Part shown: positions 1 through 13,400 of the stretch, one piece after another
Position numbering within the stretch: position 1 is the stretch's first letter
How the letters are laid out: each line of letters starts with the position of its first letter
DNA from: Lytechinus pictus
Lineage: Eukaryota
DNA: 64,000 bases
NCBI RefSeq assembly: GCF_037042905.1
Contig: NC_087246.1
Location: 2,606,001-2,670,000 of the forward strand
Direction of reading: 5' to 3'
Translations under genes and position numbers: made by a program
The notes under the pieces: model-generated
What the model was told of the DNA's origin: nothing
What the model saw: only the letters and a program-made list of their open reading frames with translations
The model's database searches: none

Positions 1-90
1 TGTGCAAGAGTCCTCCCTTCCCTTTACGAGCAGCCAATAAATTGATCATTGATACAATTATTTTTGGTCTGAAACCTATCAACATTTCAG

Positions 91-2401
91 GTAAAGGAAC
101 TAGTTCTCACCCTTGCTCCAATCTGTACCAAGGCAAAGGACCTCTGTCCGAAATGGAAGTCGAAGCTGTGGTCGAATTTCTCCGCGATAAGAAGGATAAA
201 GGCCAAGATTTCGTTTGGTTTATCGACTGGCACAGTTATGCCCAGTATATCATTACACCGTGGTCATACTCTACTGATGCACCAGATCCTCCTAACCTCC
301 AGAACATGGTAAGTCGATCGTACAGTAACTCCCACTTCCCTTGTCTTTCAACCCCCTTTGTCTTGCCATACTATATACTATAGGACTTTGGGGAGGCCAC
401 AAAACTTATTATTCTCAGTATATGCCTACTAAAATGAACATTATCTTTTGCCGAATAATAATTAATTTGGAATTTGGAATTCCCATGCAGTGGCATAACC
501 AAAATTTCGTTCTACGATGGTTTTGAGCCATTCCTATTTTGCTTAGACATGGATTTTTGTTTTTTATATTATTCACGCATTTACAATTTTAATCAAAGAT
601 TAAATCTAAATAAAGTGTGGATTGAATTGAATTAAATAATTGCAAAAGGGCGAGTCCGCAAATACTTAGGCTGAAAAGACAGATAATGAAATATGATGGT
701 TTTCTGCACAGCGCATTGAATTGTATCTCTGTCATCTTCGTTTCTCATTAGTTGGAGGCAGGACAGGTAATGGCAGATGCAATAGCTAGCTACAAGAGCA
801 ATACTTTCTATGAAGTAGGGACCACAGCTGAGTTATTATGTGAGTATTAATCTATGAATTCTTTACCGTACTTAGTACTCACACGCACTCAAGACCAACA
901 CGCTTACTACACCAGACCGATCTTTCGTGAACCCTTCGACGAACTGCTTATAGTCACTGAATGATGATGTGGCGGGAGAAATCCCAATGTCCGTGGGACT
1001 TGTAAGGTCATCCATCAAAATAAGATATCACATGTTAGATCGTTGGTTAAGGCTTATAAATATTTTTAGAACAATCGTCTTCGTCAGTAAACACGTTAAT
1101 GTGTGGTCTTGATTATAACGAGTGTCCACCGATGATCATCATGACTTGCTTAAAACCATTCTTGGTAAGAGGCCTTAGAATCAGTCAAAGTCTTTCAATG
1201 ACATACCTATGAGGTCCCCATTCCACTGAACGGAAACCACCGAAAGACCGAATATCGGCAAAGCCTTTCAGCAGTATCCAAGATCACTAAAATTATGTGA
1301 AATGGCTCTCAAATCCACACACGAAAGGCGATCCTTGCAAAGACTGAAAATCGAAATTCCAGCAAGATCACATTATGACCATTAACATTAAGGCATTTGA
1401 ATTTGACGGACAGATCATTAAAACTATTGAGAAATCAATGGAAGAACTAGTAGGTCCGTGATCGGACTTACTGCCAGAGACTTTTTAAAAGATCAGTCAG
1501 GATGACTGCCGGAAAGACTGACAGAGACCGCTGGAAGAATAATGAAAAACTAACCAAGATCGCCTTAAGGATCTCTTAAAAACTGATTGATACTTCATAT
1601 CGTGCTGAACTTAGTCTAGCCCTATACAGTGGTTTTTCAACAACTGTTTATGTCAATATTATTTAAATGGTCTTTCAGACATTTTTTAATGCAATAAAAT
1701 GATCTTTCGGCAAGAATTTCACTGGTCTTTCAATGACCTATTTAGGGATCACTCAGCAGTCTTTCGGTAATCTCAGCAAAAAAAATGAGAGACTGCCGAA
1801 AGATAATGGAAAGAATAAACAAAACATTTGAACATAATTGAGAAACCCTAGAAGACCAATGAAAGATATTTTTCCTGAAAAAGACTATTGTGTAAACTTT
1901 TTCAAAAGATAGAGCCCATGGATACAAAGACCACTGACATAATTTATCTATCAGGAATTGTTAAAGACCTCAGAGATCTTTGAAAGTTCATTGTGAAAGA
2001 ACTTGGAAAGATCGAGCAAGTTTCATGATCTTTCAGAAGACTTTAACGGTCTTGCTCTACGTGGACTGTGGCTTTAATTCAAGTGAATGAAATAAAACTT
2101 GTAACTGCGATCTTGCAAATGCATATTTCCCATTAAACATTACGCATATATTTTCCCCTCTGTAGATGAGTTTAGTGGGGCAAGCATCGACTGGAGTTAT
2201 GCACCATATAACAAGTATGATAGGACAGCAGGAGGTTTAGATGTTCCTTATTCTTACGTTGTGGAGCTTCGTGATATCAACAAGTACGGGTTTATACTCC
2301 CAGAAGACCAGATTGAGGATTCGGGAAAAGAGAGCGTACTCGGTGTCTATGCGATGGGAACATACATCATTGATGTTCTCAGCGCTGAGGGAAAACTCTA
2401 G
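91..2401 (+). CDS. M14A zinc metallocarboxypeptidase (carboxypeptidase A/B family), last three coding exons; 5' part lies outside the window
   Basis: Exons 91-308, 752-839 and 2166-2401 have AG/GT boundaries and compatible phases. Translation: GTSSHPCSNLYQGKGPLSEMEV...FIDWHSYAQ (Zn ligand His196 motif)...LLYEFSGASIDWSY (Tyr248, residue 255)...YSYVVELRD (catalytic Glu270)...GFILPEDQI...AEGKL*. Stop TAG at 2399-2401; AATAAA near 2573. Confidence 0.93.
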
Positions 2402-3129
2402 GACAAACTAATAGAGATGCTGCAAGGCTGTTGTGTCATATCTTGGACAGAATGACATCAAAATCGAGTATATGTTATAATCAAAGAACTCTCTGGGGTA
2501 TGGTTCATAGCATGAAGCCAGGCATAGTAATATTGCTGTTATACACATCAACAACTCTGATGAGATTGGAAAAATAAATAAAAAAGAAGAAGAAAAACAC
2601 CTGATGTTATTTAATGTTGTACAATAAGCTGCTAATCCTTGTGAAGATGAAGACTGATGTGTAGATCAAATTGATATGGATATTAAAAGCCCTAAAAGTA
2701 GTCTCGACAATATCTACAAACAATAACTTCATCATGTGTATACTCACGTGACGAAGTGTTGTTTAACTACAAAACCTCTTCCTTTCCTTTTCATTATTCA
2801 TTTATTTGGTCTTTATTTCTACTTGTATATAAATATAAGGAGATACAACATCCAAGTTTGTCTTGCACATCAATGATTTATCATCAAGTTGAATATATTC
2901 CATAATCTCATTAGACAGATGAATGAATGAATGAATAAATAAATCAATTAATAAATAATTTGATTAAAGTAATAATGATGTAAATGAAGAAGACATACCT
3001 GTAATTACAGACTATTGTGGTAATAAAGTAGGATACGTCCTGGTGCGTGAACACGTATCTGGTCATTCAGTGTGAAGTCTTTTTTAAGCATCTTATGGCA
3101 ATTCTGAGGTAATGTCCACATAATATATA

Positions 3130-3180
3130 TGTGTGTGAGGGTGTGTGTGTGTGTGTGTGTGTGTGCGTGTGTGTGCATGT
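3130..3180. repeat. (GT)n microsatellite
   Basis: Directly visible dinucleotide run. Confidence 0.9.
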
Positions 3181-3337
3181 AGTAATGTTTCATAGGGACA
3201 TTTCAAATGTCCATTTTGCAAAATGAAGGGGCAACTTTTTTCCTCTTTTGGGGGGGGGGGCCAATGATATTCTGTTTCCTTTTATATTTTGATAAAAAAA
3301 TTATATTTAGAAATTGATATGATCGTGGATCATTTCA

Positions 3338-3834
3338 AAATTTACATAAGTTATATATAATACTTTAATGATAGAAACAAATAAGATATAAATCTATCAG
3401 TGCGTGTACCCGAGATTTTATCACAGTTAGACAAGTTGTAACTTGGGTTATGTTTTTGTGTGTTTTTTTACATATTACACTCCGCAAATATTGCCACAAT
3501 GGAGTAAGCTTTTCACATTCACAAAATATATGAATTATCGTTCTTCCCTTTTATTGCAAATTTACATGAGTACTTATATATAATACTAAAAAATTAAGTT
3601 TAGTAATAGATTGTGGGTTATTAGGAAATTTATATAAGTATATATAATACTTTGAATTAGAAACAAATGAGATATAAATCTATCAGTGCGTGTACCCAAG
3701 ATTTTATCACATTTAGACAAGTTGTAACTTATGTTTTTTTTTTATATTATATTACACTCCGCAAATATTGCTATAATGGAATTTTTCACATTCACAAAAT
3801 ATATGAATTATCGTTTCTTTCCTATTATTGCAAA
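3338..3834 (+). repeat. Diverged direct duplication of about 215 bp (3338-3560 and 3626-3834)
   Basis: Shared blocks such as gatataaatctatcagtgcgtgtacc and cacattcacaaaatatatgaattatcg occur in both copies, with small indels. Confidence 0.85.
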
Positions 3835-3940
3835 GGGTGCAGTTTGGAGAATCCCTCCTCTTTATTTTAAAAAAGTAAGTTATTCAGAGCAATACATCTA
3901 TGGAAAAAAATCTTGAAATAAAAAGAGCGCAGCTTTGAAT

Positions 3941-5710
3941 CAATAATAATAATAATAAGCATTAATTTATATAGCGCAGCTTTTATATGGATATATTCAG
4001 CTGCGCTTGTTCAGAGCTCTTTTTACATATGTCTACACAGTATATTTTCTTAACTAAAGAGATATGTTTTTAATTTTGATTTGAAGAGAGCCAATGATGG
4101 AGAGCTTCTTATATCAATTGGCAGGCTATTCCATAGTTTGGGGGCAGCAAGTGCAAATGCACGATCACCAAGTGTGACTTTTGTTTTGTGAAATGGGATC
4201 TGAAACAATAATTTATCTGTGGAACTTCGCAGGCTTCGACTGTGTGATTGGGTTTTAAGTTTGAGTAATTCTGTAATGTAATGTGGGGCTTGACCGATTA
4301 ATGATTTATATACAATTAACATAATTTTGAATGAAATTCTTTGACGTACAGGCAACCAGTGGAGTTCTCTCAGAAGAGGTGTAGTGGAACTGAACTTTGG
4401 GACACGGTAGATAAGTCTTGCACATGAATTTTGGACTCTTTGTAGCTTAGAAATGAGACTATCAGGCATTCCAAACAACAAACCATTACAGTAATCAAGC
4501 TTACTTGTAATCAGAGCATGCGCCACCAGTTTGATACTTTCTTGATCAAAGTATTTGCGAATGCGCCGAAGGTTATAGAGGAGATGATATGTTGATTTGC
4601 ATACATTCGTGACCTGGGTTTCCATATTGAGGTTTGTATCAAAATAAACTCCTAAATTCCTTGCAGTATCAGATGGTTTGACATTGGATACTCCAATTTT
4701 TATACAGTTGATATTAATTTTAGAGATCTGCTGTGAGGTGCCGATGAGCAAAAATTCACTTTTGCTATCATTTAATTTCAGATTATTGTTGAGCATCCAG
4801 CTACGAATGAAACAGATACATTGTTCCAGCCTTGAAACACTTGTGTCTGCAGAGGTAGAAGATGGCCTAAAAGATATATACAATTGTGTGTCGTCAGCAT
4901 AACAATGACAGGAAACTTCAGGAAAATTATTCTGAGTACTATTAATAAGGCTATTTGTGTATAAAGCAAAAAGCAATGGACCGAGTCGTGAGCCCTGGGG
5001 CACGCCAAAAGGTACTGGGAAAGAATCTGAGACAGTACCATCAATAACAACTTTTTGATGCCGATCAGACAAGTATGACTTGATCCAGTTGAGAGCAAAA
5101 CCATTGATACCGAAACAATTATGCAAAATTTCCATAAGTCTGGTGTGGTCTATAGTATCAAATGCGCTACTTAAGTCTAGTAATACTAGAAGAGTGACTT
5201 TTTGATTGTCCATTGCCATCAAAATATCACTCTTAATAAGTAGCGCAGTTTCTGTACTATGATATTGTCTATATGCGGATTGGTTGGATGGAAGAAGTGA
5301 ATTGCTATTGAGGAACTGTAAGATTTGTTGAGTGGCTGCACCTTCAACCAATTTTGAAATATATTGTAAGTTGCTTACAGGTCTTAGATTACATGCAGAA
5401 TTCAGGATCTAGACCTGGCTTTTTCAAAAGAGGTGAAACTAGGGCTACTTTCCATTCATTAGGAAAATGACCTGTAGACAGTGAGACATTGATCATAGAC
5501 GTAAAAACAGGAAGTATAACATCAATATGTTGCATAATAATATTTGTTGGAAGTGGATCAGCAGAGCAAGACTTCTTAGTGAGCTTCATTACAAGTTGCC
5601 TTACTTCTCGTTCTGATAAAAGTTTAAATTTATCAAACCTAATATTTTCGGGTGCTGGAGATAGACCAGATGAATCAGTATCAATACCATCAATCAGATT
5701 TTTTATTGGA
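3941..5710 (-). mobile_element. 5'-truncated non-LTR retrotransposon (L2/CR1 group), reverse transcriptase region with a frameshift
   Basis: ORFs 5389-5745 and 4050-5351 join through a frameshift near 5390 (KKPGLDP / NLRPVSNL). RT motifs LLDLSSAFDTIDH, GVPQGSRLGPLLF, YADDTQLY and C-terminal LHWLPVRQRI. The 3' UTR ends in a GCGCAGC/GCTGCGC stem-loop and a (TTA)n tail at 3942-3958. Possible TTGAAT target-site duplication at 3935-3940 and 5711-5716. Confidence 0.92.
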
Positions 5711-5923
5711 TTGAATATCACTGTGAATACTAAGAACTTTATCATGAAAGAATTTTCCTATGTCATTCACAAATGTCATCCTATCAATGTTGCATGGCAC
5801 TACTGGATGTTTGTTTGAGACATTCAGCGAGATTTAACAACGGTGAACAAGCCTTTGACGTCAATAGTAGGCCTACAGATCTGATTTATTTTTTCCCAAT
5901 CAAAAGCAAGAGGAAGATTAAAC

Positions 5924-6790
5924 CAGAAGCGTCGATCCTGGGGGGGGGGGGGGGGGGCAGGGGGCGATCGCCCCACCAATGAAAATATTGGGGGGCAAAC
6001 ATATCGTTTTGCCCCCCCCCCCCAAAAAAAAATAATTCCGCATGTCATTATTGCAAAAATAAAATAAGATGGTAATGTTACACACAAATCAGCAAGCGAG
6101 ATTGAGATACACAACTCGTTCTTTAAAATGTGCTCAAAATGTCCGCTTTTCAGATTGGAATATGAAAATTTTCAGCTCGCGCTCGCATCATTTCTGAAGC
6201 AAAAACCCATATTTTTCATGATTAAATAGGTGACTAAAATGTCCCGTTTTCGGTTCTAAACCCTCAAAAGAACTCCCGCTTCGATTTGCAATAATCTCTT
6301 GTTCTTTATCAAAACGTCCATCAAACTGTCAATTTTTTCAGATCGAAATTTCAAAATTTTCAGCTCGCACTTCGCGCTCGCATCTATTGTTCTTCTAGAT
6401 CTTAATCATTGCTACCAAAAATGCTTAGAATCATGTCAAGCTTTCAGGTCAGAATATAAAGAAATTTCAGCTCGCTCTCGGCACTCGCATTATGTGTGTT
6501 GTAAGATATGTATCCTCCTCATGATTTACAAACGGGCTAAACAGTACCCTTTTCAGGTCAGTATACTAACACATTTCAGCTCGCACTTCGCGCTCGCATT
6601 AATTTGTTGGTGAGATCGATCTATAGGCCTATGTGTCTTTTTTAATGAATCATATATATATATATATATAAAGGCCAATGTGTGTGTGTGGGTGAGTTTG
6701 TTTGTTTTGTGTAATCGAGCGCCTTTGGAATTGATTTATGATTTTGCCCCCCCCCCCCCCCCAATCTGAAAAATGGATCGACGCCCCATG
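5924..6790. mobile_element. Non-autonomous hAT-like DNA transposon (MITE)
   Basis: Imperfect TIRs CAGAAGCGTCGATCC and GGATCGACGCCCCATG; exact 8-bp TSD GATTAAAC at 5916-5923 and 6791-6798; repeated internal motif ttcagctcgc(acttcgc)gctcgcat; poly-G/C tracts near both ends. Confidence 0.85.
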
Positions 6791-7129
6791 GATTAAACCT
6801 ACTACTCCAATAGTCCTGAGTGCTCTTCTCAGGTATTACATTCAGATTTATAATATCATAAGCATAACCAGGAAATTTAGTAATGAGTACCTGTATATGT
6901 CATGAACATCCACATTTTCAAGATTATAATGGGATCCGGGAATGGGATCAAGCCAGGATCATCTGGAAAATGTTGAGATTTTTATTACAAACTATCAATT
7001 TTTGTGATATATTTTGAAATAATATTCAGAAAAGGTATCATATTTCATCCTTTTCTATTCTCTTTCCTCTTCTCCTTTTTTTCTTGGTCATGAAAATCCC
7101 CCCCCCCCCCCCCCCTCCCTTCAATCTGT

Positions 7130-7463
7130 ACGCCACTGCCACCAGCTATTTGTGAAACAGGCTCCTGTGTTGCGCAATTAGTTTCGTTCGAGAGCCGCCA
7201 GCCAGAGCTAATGAGAGGGAGCGGAGAGAGCTTGAGAGAGAGAGATCTTTCAGATGGTTTAGGCCTACTACTAGATAACGCTTGTACCTTGATCACTGGA
7301 AAGACAAGAGATAATTAAGCCCAAGAAAATAGGGTGTGATATTTTGGCGTGGGTAATATATTCGACCTCTTCTTGTCTTGTGAACAGCTTTAAAGAGTCG
7401 GCGGACGAGTACTGTAACTACCGGTACCTCACGCGCGGCCTCGCGGAAGTCTGGGCGAGCAAC
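7130..7463 (+). promoter_or_regulatory. Probable ACOX3 promoter / 5' UTR region
   Basis: Immediately upstream of the ATG at 7464; locally CpG-rich compared with the flanks, with a GA-rich tract at about 7212-7245. Position-based inference only. Confidence 0.35.
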
Positions 7464-10400
7464 ATGGATCATTCCGCTGGTGTCGTTGTAGACGCGTCTG
7501 AGAACAAGAAGTCTTTATTGGACATTTTGCCTGATTTCCCATCAGGTCCTCTAGATAATTATAGGCAGAAAGCATCCTTTAATTGGAAAAAACTGAAAGT
7601 TGCAGTCGAGGGTGAGGAAGCTGTGAGATTCCAGGTAAAATAATCTGTTTAACTTAAGCCTTTAAATTTAATTAGCATGTTTAGGTAATGAAGGGGGAGG
7701 GGGCAGGGATGTCTGCAGGCCTACTGTGAATATTTGAATCTGATTAAACATGAATTTCTTCCAATGTTTAAGAAAAATCAATTGATGATGTTCCTTATTA
7801 TAATGTTAAAACTGCCCAACAATCTAATTTTTTTTTCTTGGAAGAAAACCTCTGCCAGTCAATTTCAGATTAAACTGCATGCAATTGAGAACGAAAGATA
7901 GCTGCCCTATGTCTGCACATCTATTCGCTTTACCCACGATTTGGGGACTTTGAATCCAGAAAAGCTGCATTATGATATGAGATCATTACCTGAAATACCT
8001 GAAGTAGATAATTTTTCACCTTTTTGATTTGGATTTTTTAGTGAACATTTGTCAAAAGTATTGCAGGCATGAGGTTTGTGCCCGTTTTAGTTTTTCTTTA
8101 ATATTAGAATGGCGCTGATATGCGTACGCACAGACAAGGGGGACTGTACTGACTTGGGTGCACATTACCATACAAAATACAGTGGTAATAGATCTGTACG
8201 AGGATGGATGTTTGCATATCTGAAGATAAAGCATGTTTTTATTTTTAAATTTCAGTAAAGGTTGTTTATTATATTTCACAATCATACTGTAATTATATTC
8301 CTTTCAGTCTGGAAATATGTGAGATGATATTTTGTTTTTTATTGCTCAATTTGCCGGGGGGGGGGGGGGTCGCTCTCCACATGGCTTGCTACGCACCGTC
8401 GTCCAGAAAAAGCGTTGAAAAGGGTCCCGTTTCAGGCACTCGGGCGTCGTCGACGACGACTTTTGCAAAAAGGGTTGCATTTCAGCACCATTCGCTTGTA
8501 AATCGCCTATAAAGTTAGGGTAGCCTTTTCTCTCTCTTCATGCCATTTAGGGTGGCTAATTTGTTTAGCCATTTAGGGGTGCAAATTTGAGGGTTGAAAA
8601 TTTGGGAAAATTTGAGGAGACCCGGGAGCAGACCTAAGCCATAAACACCATGAAGGGCATGATTTTAAAAATATCGCACACACACGCCAGCCAGCGCAGC
8701 ACTTATGACAGTTACTCCTCGCTAGTCTCTTACACCCGGCCGGCTCTATACTAGGCAGCACGCATTACCTCCGCGTTATCTATACCACACGCCCACAAGT
8801 CGCAGAGGATGCTACAGTGTATACTCATATGTTCTGGGACTGTTTGAAGCGACTAAGCTTGGCTTGCAAGGATGCAAACAAATAGATATGAATATGTATT
8901 TTTCAACATATAAACTGGTATGGATTCCATTTTTTCAAGTTTTGATAAAAATTTGTAAAACGAATTAAGTGATGCATGTCATGGCACGCAACTTTTTTCT
9001 CTTGCATTCATTAATTTTGGCTAAAAGATGGCTATTCAAAGTGGCTAAGAGAGGTGTCCTTGAGAGTAATCATGTTGGCCTTACTTTCAATAACTTCAAA
9101 AAGTGGAATTTCTACCTGTTGTATTAATAATTAAACATTATTCATCAGTATGGTATCAAATTAATTGATTTTGATGTTTACGCCACTTAGGGTATCAAAT
9201 TAGGGAATTTTCCCTGTTCACGCCACTTAGGGTGGCTTTTCTCATGGGTTACCTTAACACCATGTAGGGTTGCAAATTTACTCAATTTCTTTACGCCATT
9301 TAGGGTGCATTTCTGGGGTTGTTGGACACGGGTGGCTAGCAGTCCATGTGGAGAGTGACCCCCCCCCCCCCCCCCCGGGTCAATTTGTATGTCAGGAAGT
9401 GAAAATTCCTGCTGTGATATGGTTGCAATTAACTGAAAAGAAATTATCCTATTTTTTTGGAGCACCCAACTACTAGTATGCACCTGCTTTTCATAAGCAT
9501 GGATATATTCTTCATACTATGCTTCTTCAGGACTATCTCTGTGAACTAGGACAATAATTACTTAGAGAATTTTATCCTAATATCTCCTAATATCTTAGAG
9601 AAGCTCTACAATTTAATCATTTCTTTGTGCTTTCTTCATGCTAATCAAACTAAGTTATATCTGTCTCAAGTTTCCTCCAGATTTTAGCTCTGTATCATTA
9701 AGTTTGAATGTTTGTATTTATGTGTAAGACAATTTGTATCTATGTCCTTATTAATTTTTATGATTGTACATAGCGCCATGAGCGCCATGCCTGATGGATG
9801 TTTGTGCTTTAAAAGAATCCACCATTATTATTATTATTATTTGATAATCAGATTATTGAATGTTTCCCTGTATTTCCCTTTTAAACAGTACCAAGTATGG
9901 AAGACGCTGGAGAAAGACCCTCTATTCCAACATGCCCAGGAGCCATTAACAACAACCAAAGCAAGGGAAGTGACTTTCCTACGAGCTCAACGCTTATTGG
10001 CTTATGGGTTCCCACAGTCCCTGTCAAGTAACTTTCTTGGGAATTCTTGGCTGCTCAAGGCTCTGGTTATGTATGATATGGGATTGTTTGCTAAGTTCAA
10101 CCTCAATAGAATTGTAAGTATCCATGGGAATCTTTTACCTAAAAGTCATAGTTGAGTTATTATAGTGGTGGTGTTCTTTTATTTTGTGAGACAGATGTAG
10201 GGCTTGGGTCGCATGTTAAGTTATTTATTTTATAAGGTAAATGTGTTTGTGTACACATTATGGAAAGTACTGATGTAAGAATTTCATGCTGAATGCTGAG
10301 GCTCTAGACCTTGTTTCTTGTTATATGTAAGGACATTTTTCTTAAATTTAGAATGGATGTTGGATTAGCATGAAATAGATGATTTGTATAGAAGAGTAAC

Positions 10401-13400
10401 TGAAAAGAGTAACTGAATGGACTCAATTTTTGAAAAGTGAGTACACACAGTGACAGTTTGAGCTCTGTACTTTGTGCTTCCTCACCGTTAAGTTCAATAT
10501 AATTTTTCATCATATTTTTAAAGGCAGATTTCTTTCACTTTCAGATGTTTGGTGAAACACTTCGAAACTCTGGATCATCTCGACATGAAGCCTTGGCACA
10601 AAAGTCACAAAAACTGGAGGTGAAATTTGCATTTCCCATAAGCCTGGCTCTCATATGTTTCAGCTGCTTATGGCCCGAAGGCATTCCAAAACTTCTCAAT
10701 TAATTTGAAGTAAATATGCAGATTTACGCATAGGCCCTGCATTCTAGCTTGCTTGGTTTTTTTTTTTCCAACATCTGCGACTGAAATCTACAAAATACAA
10801 TCAAAGAGGAGTGGCAACAGCAAGCAGCTTTAGTTTGCCTTAGCAGTATTATTGCTTGCTTTACATTGACTTCCCTTTGAGCTTGTATCACTTCGCTTTG
10901 TCAATTACAAATGAGTTTTTAAGCTGCAGTGTGATTGCTACTGAATATTTATCTGTGTAATATATTTTATATTTCTGCTTTCTGCTCACACAGTAATATG
11001 CAGCTGAAACACAATGGTGTTAGCCAGGCTTTACAAATTTCCAATACTCATGACTTCATTTGGCATTTTACTTGAAATTTAAACCATTCTTATTATTCTA
11101 TTTTAAAATTGACTCATATTAAACACAATAGTCAATATCGAAGAACTTTAAAACATAGCAGTCAACATTGACTCTTAGTATGTATGCACAGTATGGTTGT
11201 TGTGGCAAAGCAATCCTTATCAATGGTGATATTTCTGTCATTTTTGTTGCCTCTTTATTTTTACTTTTTGTAGCTGTTAATGCTTTGACACATGCATGTA
11301 GCATTGACAATGACTGACCCAAATTTAAAACCATTGTATTTAATGTTGACAGAGTTGACTTATCTGTATGTTTCTTTACCACCTTTCAAGGCAATGGGTT
11401 GCTTCTCCTTGACAGAGCTATCCCATGGCACAAACACCAAGGCCATGCGTACTACAGCTATTTATGATCCAAGTACAAAGGTGAGAGAAGCATCTTATGC
11501 TGGATAAGAGTTGTGTTTGGTGGAAGGAAATGTATGCCAAAGATAGATAAAGGAACTTAAAATGTTAACAAGAATAAGATAAGAAACTACTGTTGTGTTT
11601 ATTTGGTGATAATTGTGTGTATAAAGGTTCAAAATCATTGATATGAATATAGGGCCTACCATTGTCAAATTATTTTCAGATTTTTTTATATATCAAAGTG
11701 AGATACCATAACACCAACTATTGGTATTGTGTACCTTGATTGCCTACGTGCAACATACTGATTTGTATATTTTAATTTATTTTTTAATATATATGGTACA
11801 TTCATGTAGGCCTATGTATATTTGTCAGGTGAATTATGTGGGTTTTTTTCATAAATATTTTATGAAATTACCTTGACATCCCATGCATGCTTTCCTATAC
11901 ACTTATGTTCATAGATGGAAGTAACATCGTAAAAGTCTGATAGTTCATTTTGAATTACTCCAAAATTGTTTAATTAATTATGAATTTGCTCTCTAAATTA
12001 TTATGAATTCTTTGTATTATCTTCATTTGCCAAATAAATAATAAATATAATAATGATAATGAATTCATTCAAATTTTCTTGTGTGTAATTTGTGAATTTC
12101 ATAGACTATGTTGCTTGGTGGGTTCCATAGTTCTGTATGCATTATGAGTCTAAAAGCATAACCTGATAACCTGATGTGGCCTTTGATGTATTTAATTCTT
12201 GCCTTTAGGAGTTTGTTCTCAACACTCCTGACTTTGAGGCGACCAAGGTGTGGGTTGGTATCCTAGGGAAGTCAGCTACTCATACCATTGCCTTTGCCCA
12301 GCTCTATACACCAGATGGTCAGTGCCATGGCCTCAATTCCTTTGTAGTTCCTGTCAGAGACTCAAACACCCTACTACCTTTACCAGGTATCTTGGTCGGT
12401 GACTTGGGTGAGAAGCTTGGCCAGAATGGCCTTGACAATGGGTATGTACTGGTTTTACGTGTCTCAATAGATTAAAAGTAAAACATTATAAGGATTTTTT
12501 TTAAAAGAGAAAAATTAATATTCTTCAGGTCTGTAGTATATGGTCCACTGAAAAAAGAAAATTCACCTGCGTTTTGTATTCAATTCTACTTTTTATGACT
12601 GCGAAATTTATATGAAGTGGCTTTGAAATCATTAGATATTGTTATATTTGAGTCTACTGAGGCAACAGGGAAGGGGACAGGGGCCCTTGTCTTTCTGTTT
12701 GCAACCTTTGCATTGTACTTTTATGGAGATATGGGTAACTTTGAAATATCAATCAGATGGCCAAAAATAAAGGTTGTGTGAATCTAGGAGTAATTCTAAA
12801 CCAACGCACACATTGATAGCCTTTCCAAGCCTCCTGCCTGGTCATATCAGGGCAAAGATAAAGATTGGTTAAACAACTGATACTGGGTAGACAATGTGCT
12901 TTCTTGTGGGGAAATATTCTAATCTACGTGCAGATTACAAATAAGCATGAGTCCCTGTCAAATCTGTTTTTTTTTTCTCAAATTTTTCAAAAGATCCTGT
13001 TAATTAATAAAAAAACACTAATTTGGAAGGTAGACTTTCATTAAACACACCATTGAGAAGTTAGAAACAGGGATGTAGTTATCAAGGTCTGCTAGTGATA
13101 GTAAGTCTTTAAGACAGGAGTATTGTAAAGTATGTATTAGTTTGTGAAGCTATGATAAGGTAATTCTAGGTAGATAAATTATTGATTCAATCCAGAGGTT
13201 TCAAGCATGAATGATATTAATGATATGAACCTTTTATTGCTCATATCAGGTTCTAAATCATTTTGATTCTCATTTGAAAATCAGATTAGCTTGAAACTCT
13301 TGTCTTTAAAAAGCTGTGTACATGTATACCAATCCTATTACATGTCATAGATTTGTTGTACTTCAAAGATAAATTCAGTCTTTGTTAAAACACCTTGATG

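Noticed and set aside
7344..7463. N-terminal extension of ACOX3
   Set aside because: The ORF track starts at TTG; the first ATG is 7464 in a good context (aacATGg) and gives a normal-length ACOX3.
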